DNA of 64,000 nucleotides from Escherichia coli (GTDB lineage Bacteria; Pseudomonadota; Gammaproteobacteria; Enterobacterales; Enterobacteriaceae): NCBI RefSeq assembly GCF_016026235.1, contig NZ_CP065613.1; one strand, 5' to 3'. Shown piece by piece: positions 56,791 to 64,000 of this stretch (position 1 is its first letter; each line of letters starts with the position of its first letter). The notes under the pieces were generated by a model. It saw only the letters and a program-made list of their open reading frames with translations, ran no database searches and was not told where the DNA came from. The position numbers and the translations under genes were made by a program.

Positions 56791-58173
56791 ATGAAAGAAA
56801 GCAATAGCCGCCGTGAATTTCTGAGCCAGAGCGGTAAGATGGTCACCGCCGCCGCGCTGTTTGGTACGTCTGTGCCGCTCGCCCATGCGGCAGTCTCTGG
56901 CACAACCCACTGCGACGCGAATAACACCATGAAAATCACTGACCCGCATTACTATCTCGACAACGTGCTGCTGGAAACTGGATTTGACTACGAAAATGGC
57001 GTGGCGGTGCAGACCCGCACGGCGCGCCAGACCGTGGAGATTCAGGACGGCAAAATTGTCGCCCTGCGCGAGAACAAGCAGCATCCGGACGCCACGCTGC
57101 CGCACTATGACGCTGGCGGTAAGCTGATGCTGCCCACCACCCGCGACATGCATATTCATCTCGATAAAACCTTTTACGGCGGGCCGTGGCGCTCGCTTAA
57201 TCGCCCGGCAGGCACCACCATCCAGGATATGATTAAGCTCGAGCAGAAAATGCTGCCGGAGCTGCAACCCTACACCCAGGAACGGGCGGAAAAACTGATC
57301 GATCTATTGCAGTCGAAAGGCACCACCATTGCCCGCAGTCACTGCAATATCGAACCGGTTTCCGGCCTGAAAAATCTGCAAAATTTGCAGGCGGTGCTGG
57401 CGCGACGTCAGGCGGGCTTCGAGTGTGAAATTGTCGCCTTCCCGCAGCACGGTTTGCTGCTGTCGAAATCGGAACCCTTAATGCGTGAAGCAATGCAGGC
57501 GGGCGCGCATTACGTCGGCGGTCTGGACCCGACCAGTGTTGATGGCGCGATGGAAAAATCCCTCGACACCATGTTTCAGATTGCGCTGGACTACGACAAA
57601 GGCGTCGATATTCACCTGCATGAAACCACTCCGGCGGGCGTGGCGGCCATCAATTATATGGTTGAAACGGTAGAGAAAACGCCGCAGCTGAAGGGCAAGC
57701 TGACCATCAGCCACGCCTTCGCGCTGGCAACGCTCAACGAGCAGCAGGTAGATGAACTGGCGCATCGCATGGCGGCGCAACAAATTTCTATCGCCTCGAC
57801 GGTGCCGATTGGCACGCTGCATATGCCGCTCAAACAGTTGCACGACAAAGGCGTAAAAGTGATGACCGGCACCGACAGCGTTATCGACCACTGGTCGCCT
57901 TACGGCCTGGGCGACATGCTGGAAAAAGCCAATCTGTACGCGCAGCTCTATATTCGCCCTAACGAACAGAATTTGTCCCGCTCGCTGTTTTTAGCCACTG
58001 GCGATGTATTGCCGCTGAATGAAAAAGGCGAGCGCGTATGGCCAAAAGCGCAGGATGACGCCAGCTTTGTGCTGGTGGACGCCTCCTGTTCCGCCGAGGC
58101 GGTGGCGCGTATCTCGCCGAGAACGGCAACGTTCCATAAAGGGCAACTGGTGTGGGGGAGTGTGGCAGGTTGA
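56791..58173 (+). CDS. yahJ: YahJ amidohydrolase/deaminase-family protein with twin-arginine (Tat) signal, 460 aa
   Basis: SRREFLSQSGKMVTAAALFG Tat motif; metal-dependent hydrolase-like HIHLD motif. Confidence 0.85.
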   Translation: MKESNSRREFLSQSGKMVTAAALFGTSVPLAHAAVSGTTHCDANNTMKITDPHYYLDNVLLETGFDYENGVAVQTRTARQTVEIQDGKIVALRENKQHPDATLPHYDAGGKLMLPTTRDMHIHLDKTFYGGPWRSLNRPAGTTIQDMIKLEQKMLPELQPYTQERAEKLIDLLQSKGTTIARSHCNIEPVSGLKNLQNLQAVLARRQAGFECEIVAFPQHGLLLSKSEPLMREAMQAGAHYVGGLDPTSVDGAMEKSLDTMFQIALDYDKGVDIHLHETTPAGVAAINYMVETVEKTPQLKGKLTISHAFALATLNEQQVDELAHRMAAQQISIASTVPIGTLHMPLKQLHDKGVKVMTGTDSVIDHWSPYGLGDMLEKANLYAQLYIRPNEQNLSRSLFLATGDVLPLNEKGERVWPKAQDDASFVLVDASCSAEAVARISPRTATFHKGQLVWGSVAG

Positions 58174-58471
58174 TGCGCATTTGAAACGCCTGCAACGGTG
58201 AATAGTAAGAGATTTAAGCCCCAGGGAGTGGGGCGGGAATGGTTTGCTAATGAATGATCCTGAACTTTATAATCTCCCGGCATAATTTCAAGGGGATTAT
58301 TTGAGAGAAATACACAAAAGTGAGTTTTAACAAAGGTATTTATCAGGCCATAAATGTGACCTGCTTCGGATAAAAAAGATTCAGTATCGAAAAACCAATG
58401 ATACTCTTGCTGATGGTTACCAACAGTAATTAAGATGTGATTTGTTTTTCCGTAATCGCAAAAATATTGCC

Positions 58472-58882
58472 ATGACCATAAAAGAAAAATTCTCACAAAA
58501 ATATCCCCATGCTTCCTTTTGTACTTTTGGCGATTCAGCAGCGTTGGCCGATCACCTCGCAACGTTGATTGCGACTGGTGTTAAAACAGCTTCCTGTGGT
58601 TCGCTGGCGGGATGTATTGAAGACAACGCATTTCCGATGATTGGTGAGTATAAGATTGTAGAAAATAGCCGTGGTGAGCCTGTATGTGTTATCAGAGTGA
58701 TTGGCCTGCATTTACTGCGCTTTTCTGATGTCACCGCGGAGCTTGCCCGTAAGGAAGGTGAAGGTGACCTCAGTCTTGAATATTGGCGTAATGAACACCG
58801 TCGTTTTTTCCAGGCAGAAGGAAGCTATTCACCAGAAATGGACGTTATCTTTGAAGAATATGCCCTTATTGACGTTGTGTAG
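58472..58882 (+). CDS. ASCH/PUA-like domain protein (136 aa from MTIKEKF)
   Basis: Short soluble protein with ASCH-like pattern; assignment by weak resemblance only. Confidence 0.5.
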   Translation: MTIKEKFSQKYPHASFCTFGDSAALADHLATLIATGVKTASCGSLAGCIEDNAFPMIGEYKIVENSRGEPVCVIRVIGLHLLRFSDVTAELARKEGEGDLSLEYWRNEHRRFFQAEGSYSPEMDVIFEEYALIDVV

Positions 58883-59132
58883 ATAACTATTTATCTACAC
58901 GAAATAAGCTCACAAACATAAAATATCGCTAATTTTGTTTATTTTGCTGTTTTTTACGTGATGAATGTCACACTTATTATTGCTGCCCGTTTTGTCCATA
59001 TTTATAACCATATTTTTAATAGCTGCCTGAAATAGAGCTGTTTATTCTGCATAAAAATATTCGAAAATTCTTATTCTCTCCAGCGCGCTAATTTGGGCGA
59101 ACACTTCCTGACTACCCTGCAATGAGGCTGAA

Positions 59133-60119
59133 ATGATGAATAAACGTTTTGTTATCAATATGGTGTCTTCGCTGTTATTAGGCGCTGCGCTAATTTCTGC
59201 GCCGCTCCAGGCAGCGGAAAAAGTCGTGGTGAATATTTCTAAAGTCGATGGTATGCCGTGGTTTAATCGCATGGGCGAAGGTGTGGTTGAGGCGGGTAAA
59301 GCCTTTGGTGTTAATGCCTCACAGGTGGGGCCTTCAAGTACTGATGCTCCGCAACAAGTTAAAATTATTGAGGATTTAATCGCCCGTAAGGTTAATGCAA
59401 TTACTATCGTGCCAAACGATGCCAACGTGCTGGAACCGGTATTCAAAAAAGCGCGAGATGCCGGAATTGTGGTTCTGACCAACGAATCCCCCGGTCAGCC
59501 AAGTGCTAACTGGGATATTGAAATCATTGATAACGAAAAATTTGCCGCTGAATATGTTGAGCATATGGCGAAACGCATGGGTGGCAAGGGCGGCTATGTG
59601 ATTTACGTGGGTAGTTTGACCGTGCCGCAGCATAACTTATGGGCTGACTTGCTGGTGAAATACCAGAAAGAGCATTATCCGGATATGCATGAAGTTACCC
59701 GCCGCATGCCGGTTGCCGAGAGTGTGGATGACTCACGTCGTACCACACTGGACCTGATGAAAACCTATCCTGACTTGAAAGCGGTTGTCTCCTTTGGTTC
59801 AAACGGTCCGATTGGCGCGGGACGTGCGGTGAAAGAGAAACGGGCGAAAAATAAAGTCGCAGTCTATGGCATGATGATCCCTTCACAGGCGGCATCACTG
59901 ATTAAAAGTGGTGATATCACCGAAGGGATTACTTACGATCCGGCCTCTGCAGGTTACGCACTCGCAGCCGTCGCCAGCACATTGCTGAAGGGTGAAGAGA
60001 TCAAACCTGGATTAGAAATGCAGAATCTGGGTAAGGCCGACGTAGATATGGATAAGCGAATTATCCGTTTCCATAAGGTATTACTGGTCAACAAAGACAA
60101 TATCGACTCACTTTATTAA
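59133..60119 (+). CDS. Periplasmic substrate-binding protein, LsrB-like (PBP type I), 328 aa
   Basis: Signal peptide; resemblance to LsrB including C-terminal NKDNID motif. Confidence 0.8.
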   Translation: MMNKRFVINMVSSLLLGAALISAPLQAAEKVVVNISKVDGMPWFNRMGEGVVEAGKAFGVNASQVGPSSTDAPQQVKIIEDLIARKVNAITIVPNDANVLEPVFKKARDAGIVVLTNESPGQPSANWDIEIIDNEKFAAEYVEHMAKRMGGKGGYVIYVGSLTVPQHNLWADLLVKYQKEHYPDMHEVTRRMPVAESVDDSRRTTLDLMKTYPDLKAVVSFGSNGPIGAGRAVKEKRAKNKVAVYGMMIPSQAASLIKSGDITEGITYDPASAGYALAAVASTLLKGEEIKPGLEMQNLGKADVDMDKRIIRFHKVLLVNKDNIDSLY

Positions 60120-60129
60120 TCCATTTCTT

Positions 60130-60145
60130 CGGGGCGAAAGCCCCG
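60130..60145 (+). other. GC stem with GAAA tetraloop between binding-protein and ATPase genes (intra-operon attenuator/processing hairpin)
   Basis: CGGGGC GAAA GCCCCG followed by U-rich ATTCTTATTG, 11 nt after binding-protein stop. Confidence 0.35.
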
Positions 60146-60167
60146 ATTCTTATTGCCAGGGGATGTT

Positions 60168-61652
60168 ATGGAAACCTTCCTTTCCCTTCGTCATATCAAC
60201 AAAACGTTTCATGCCACGCGAGCGCTGTGCGATGTTTCTCTCGACTTTATGTCGGGTGAAGTGCACTGCCTTGCCGGGCAAAACGGCTGTGGTAAATCGA
60301 CGTTGATTAAAATTATGTCCGGTGTTTATCGCCCGGATGAGGGAGCGGAAATTACGCTTGGTGGGAAAAAATGGTCAAAGCTGACACCCGCCGCTTCGGT
60401 GGCGCAGGGGATTCAGGTGATTTATCAGGACCTCTCTTTATTTCCTAACCTGAGTGTCTGGGAGAATATCGCCGTGAATCACTATCACCACGGTCTGTTT
60501 GTTAACCGCCGTCGTCTGCGTGAGGTGGCGCAGGCGGCAATGACCAGTATTAACGTCACATTGCCACTGGATACGCTCGTTTCTGAGCTTTCAATTGCCC
60601 GCTGTCAGCTGGTGGCTATTTGCCGTGCACTGGCGCAGGACGCACGGTTGATCGTGATGGATGAACCAACCGCTTCGCTGACCCATCAGGAAGTGCAAGG
60701 GTTATTACAGGTGGTGCATCAATTGCGTGAACGCGGGATCTGCGTGGTCTTCGTCAGTCATCGTCTGGAAGAAGTGATGGAAGTTTCCGACCGTATTTCA
60801 GTGCTGAAAGATGGTGAGCTGGTCGGGACTTTTCCGGCTGCAGAGATGACCACAAAACAACTCGGTTTCCTGATGACCGGCCAGGAGTTTGAATATCAGG
60901 TGCGAGAGTTGTGGCAGGGAAAATCCAGCACCTCGGTGCTGGAGGTGCGTAATTTAAGTCGTCATGGGGAATATCTAAATATTAACTTGCGGGTGGAAGC
61001 GGGCGAAGTGGTATCGATTGTTGGCCTGCTTGGTGCGGGGCGCACGGAATTATGTCTGAGTCTGTTTGGTATGACCCGACCGGATGCTGGCGAGATCCTC
61101 ATCAACGGCCAGCCGGTTACACTGCATAGTAACCAGGACGCTATCCGCCACGGTATTGGTTATGTTTCGGAAGATCGCATGTCGCGCGGTTTGGTGATGG
61201 CGCAATCTATTGAAGACAACATCATTAGCACTGTTTTTCACAAGGTAAAAGATCGCTTCGGCTTTCTGAGTGAAACTAAAGTTCGTGACCTGGTGGACAG
61301 GCTAATCAAGGCATTGACCATCAAAGTCTCTGATCCTCATCTTCCGGTGAATACGCTTTCTGGTGGTAACGCGCAGCGAGTATCGATCGCCAAATGGCTG
61401 GCGATTGGGCCACGACTGTTGATTCTCGATAGCCCGACAGTCGGTGTTGATATCGCCAACAAAGCAGGAATATACGGCATTATCAGCGATCTGGCGGCTC
61501 ATGGCATTGCGGTATTGATGATCTGCGATGAAATTGAAGAAGCGTGGTATCAAAGCCACCGGATTTTGGTAATGCAAAAAGGCCAGATCACCCATAGCTT
61601 CCTGCCTGACAGCAGTTCTCAGGCCAGGATTGCGGAGGTGGTAAATGGCTGA
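60168..61652 (+). CDS. Sugar-type ABC transporter ATPase with duplicated ABC domains (CUT2 family), 494 aa from METFLSL
   Basis: Walker A GQNGCGKST, signature LSGGNAQR, second ABC domain. Confidence 0.85.
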   Translation: METFLSLRHINKTFHATRALCDVSLDFMSGEVHCLAGQNGCGKSTLIKIMSGVYRPDEGAEITLGGKKWSKLTPAASVAQGIQVIYQDLSLFPNLSVWENIAVNHYHHGLFVNRRRLREVAQAAMTSINVTLPLDTLVSELSIARCQLVAICRALAQDARLIVMDEPTASLTHQEVQGLLQVVHQLRERGICVVFVSHRLEEVMEVSDRISVLKDGELVGTFPAAEMTTKQLGFLMTGQEFEYQVRELWQGKSSTSVLEVRNLSRHGEYLNINLRVEAGEVVSIVGLLGAGRTELCLSLFGMTRPDAGEILINGQPVTLHSNQDAIRHGIGYVSEDRMSRGLVMAQSIEDNIISTVFHKVKDRFGFLSETKVRDLVDRLIKALTIKVSDPHLPVNTLSGGNAQRVSIAKWLAIGPRLLILDSPTVGVDIANKAGIYGIISDLAAHGIAVLMICDEIEEAWYQSHRILVMQKGQITHSFLPDSSSQARIAEVVNG

Positions 61653-62616
61653 ACTGAAAAAACGCCATGAATTCTGGCTGGCATTACTGATTGTGGTGCT
61701 GTTTGTTGGCCTTGCCTGGCGCAGCGACGAGTTTCTGACATTCGGTAATTTGTACGATCTCGCCAATAACTATGCCATGTTGACTATTCTCGCCTGTGGT
61801 TTGTTTGTGGTGTTGATTTCCGGTGGAATTGATATTTCGTTTCCAGCAATGACCATCATTGCGCAATACGGCATGGTGCTGTTGCTGCAAAAAATTGGTG
61901 GCAACTTCGCTGTCGCGTTTGCACTGGCGGGCTGCATCGGCATTTTACTTGGCTTAATTAACGCCTTACTGGTTAATCGCCTACGGGTGCCTTCTATCAT
62001 CATCACTATCTCGACGCTGAATATTTTCTATGGCCTGCTGTTATGGTTGAGTAAAGGTGTGTGGCTGTACGACTTTCCGCCGTGGTTTGAGCAGGGGGTT
62101 ATGTTGTTCAAGTACACCGATGCTGATGGCTATGACTATGGCCTTGGTCTGCCGCTGATCGCCATGATTACGGTGGTGCTGCTAACAGCGTTTATCATGA
62201 ATTTCACCAGTGTAGGGCGCAAAATTTATGCCCTTGGCGGGAACCGCGAATCAGCCAGTCGCATCGGCTTTAGCGTGCTGAAACTGCAACTTTTCGTCTA
62301 TGGCTATATGGGATTGATGTCTGGCGCTGCGGGTGTAGTGCAGTCGTGGACGGTGATGACTGTCGCCCCCGATTCTCTTCTGGGTTATGAGCTGACAGTA
62401 CTGGCAGCGGTGGTGCTTGGCGGCACTAGTTTGCTCGGCGGGCGCGGCACGTTAACCGGTACTTTGCTCGGCGTGGTGTTGTTGGCAGTGATGCAAAACG
62501 GGCTAAATTTATTGGGAGTCTCGTCTTACTGGCAAACATTGATCACCGGCATCATCATCGTTGCCAGCATTAGTGCCACGGCGTGGAGTCAGCATCAGAA
62601 CCGGAGTCTGCTATGA
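61645..62616 (+). CDS. ABC transporter permease (RbsC/LsrC-like), 323 aa
   Basis: Multi-pass hydrophobic protein; start overlaps ATPase stop. Confidence 0.85.
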   Translation: MAELKKRHEFWLALLIVVLFVGLAWRSDEFLTFGNLYDLANNYAMLTILACGLFVVLISGGIDISFPAMTIIAQYGMVLLLQKIGGNFAVAFALAGCIGILLGLINALLVNRLRVPSIIITISTLNIFYGLLLWLSKGVWLYDFPPWFEQGVMLFKYTDADGYDYGLGLPLIAMITVVLLTAFIMNFTSVGRKIYALGGNRESASRIGFSVLKLQLFVYGYMGLMSGAAGVVQSWTVMTVAPDSLLGYELTVLAAVVLGGTSLLGGRGTLTGTLLGVVLLAVMQNGLNLLGVSSYWQTLITGIIIVASISATAWSQHQNRSLL

Positions 62617-63569
62617 AAAAATCGTGGCGTAATAACGTTGAGTTTTACTTGATCGGCCTGCTGGTGCTAACTGTTGCCGCGTTCAGCATTACTATGCCGG
62701 AGATTTTCTGGTCGATAAGTAATTTCCAGTCCGTCGCTTCGCAAATGCCCGTGCTGGGCATTCTGGCGTTGGCTATGGCGGTGACCATGCTTTGCGGTGG
62801 CATTAACTTGTCAATTATAGCCACTGCTAACGCCTGTTCACTGGTGATGGCGTGGGTGGCGACTCAGTATCCACTGGGTATTGCTACGGTTGTCGCTACG
62901 TTACTGGCGGGCGCTGGCGCGGCGGTGATAATCGGTTTATGTAACGGCGTATTGATTGCTGGTATTCGAGTGTCGCCAATTCTTGCAACGCTTGGGATGA
63001 TGACGTTGCTCAAAGGGATAAATATTCTGGTGACAGGTGGTAGCGCCATTGCCAATTATCCCTCATGGGTGCTGTGGTTGAATCATGCGCAATGGTTCGG
63101 TATTCCGCTACCGATGTGGTTGTTTGCCGCAGTGGCACTGGGGCTATGGATATTGCTGGAGAAAACGCCGCTCGGTAAAGCCATTTACCTGATTGGGTCT
63201 AACGAACGAGCAACACTTTACTCCGGCATTAACACTCGTCGGGTGCTGATTTGGGTTTATGTCATTTCCGCCTTGCTTTGTGCGGTAGCGGCATTTTTGA
63301 TGATGTCGAAACTCAACTCGGCTAAGGCCTCTTATGGCGAATCGTACTTGCTGGTGTCAATCCTCGCGGCAGTACTCGGCGGGGTTAATCCGGACGGCGG
63401 CAGCGGGCGGATAATTGGTATGGTGCTGGCGCTGTTTCTTCTGCAAATTATTGAAAGCGGCTTCAATATTCTCGGTATAAGCCCCTACCTGACGATGGCC
63501 TTATGGGGAACGTTGCTGCTCTGTTTCATTCAGGTTCGCGGCATGTTGGGGCTGGATCGGGTGGTTTAA
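62613..63569 (+). CDS. ABC transporter permease (RbsC/LsrD-like), 318 aa from MKKSWRNN
   Basis: Multi-pass hydrophobic protein; ATG overlaps previous stop (ATGA). Confidence 0.85.
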   Translation: MKKSWRNNVEFYLIGLLVLTVAAFSITMPEIFWSISNFQSVASQMPVLGILALAMAVTMLCGGINLSIIATANACSLVMAWVATQYPLGIATVVATLLAGAGAAVIIGLCNGVLIAGIRVSPILATLGMMTLLKGINILVTGGSAIANYPSWVLWLNHAQWFGIPLPMWLFAAVALGLWILLEKTPLGKAIYLIGSNERATLYSGINTRRVLIWVYVISALLCAVAAFLMMSKLNSAKASYGESYLLVSILAAVLGGVNPDGGSGRIIGMVLALFLLQIIESGFNILGISPYLTMALWGTLLLCFIQVRGMLGLDRVV

Positions 63570-63655
63570 ATATTGGCTATATTCAATGGACGCGTTTTGC
63601 CGCGATGACATATCAGGCATCGCCAAATACACATAGCTAATCAGGAGTAAACACA

Positions 63656-64000
63656 ATGAAGATCAAAGCTGTTGGTGCATATTCCGCTAAACAACCACTT
63701 GAACCGATGGATATCACACGGCGTGAACCGGGACCGAATGATGTCAAAATCGAAATCGCTTACTGTGGCGTCTGCCATTCCGATCTCCACCAGGTCCGTT
63801 CCGAGTGGGCGGGGACGGTTTACCCCTGCGTACCGGGTCATGAAATTGTGGGGCGTGTGGTAGCCGTTGGTGATCAGGTAGAAAAACATGCGCCGGGCGA
63901 TCTGGTCGGTGTCGGCTGCATTGTCGACAGTTGTAAACATTGCGAAGAGTGTGAAGACGGGCTGGAAAACTACTGTGATCACATGACCGGCACCTATAAC
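63656..64000 (+). CDS. yahK: YahK zinc-dependent alcohol/aldehyde dehydrogenase, N-terminal 115 codons (runs off window end)
   Basis: ATG 63656 after AGGAGT RBS; MKIKAVGAYSAK...CGVCHSDLH...GHEIVG zinc-ADH motifs. Confidence 0.85.
   Translation, partial: MKIKAVGAYSAKQPLEPMDITRREPGPNDVKIEIAYCGVCHSDLHQVRSEWAGTVYPCVPGHEIVGRVVAVGDQVEKHAPGDLVGVGCIVDSCKHCEECEDGLENYCDHMTGTYN

Overview
This window is an Escherichia coli chromosomal segment syntenic with the K-12 region ecp - ykgMO - eaeH - rclRABC - ykgEFGH - betABIT - pdeL(yahA) - yahBCDEFGIJ - yahK, but from a non-K-12 background with several accessory blocks (K-12 comparison is from memory, not a database search). Accessory content: (1) an OYE flavoreductase / Cys-hydrolase / two LysR / two aldo-keto reductase cluster between ykgM and an intact eaeH; (2) a module of FimB/FimE-family recombinase, two LuxR-family regulators and an UpaB-like autotransporter between ykgH and betA, with an IS2 copy inserted in the first LuxR gene; (3) an EhaA-like autotransporter between betT and pdeL; (4) an ASCH-domain gene plus an LsrB-like ABC importer between yahJ and yahK. 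The most interesting candidate is the recombinase-LuxR-autotransporter module, which has the gene logic of E. coli invertible-promoter (phase-variation) switches; I could not find its inverted repeats by eye. Four inactivating lesions are visible (IS2 insertion, two 1-bp frameshifts, one in-frame amber codon). No CRISPR array, rRNA or tRNA gene was recognised. Coordinates for CDS include the stop codon; several starts were moved from the longest-ORF start to the start matching known N-termini or an RBS.
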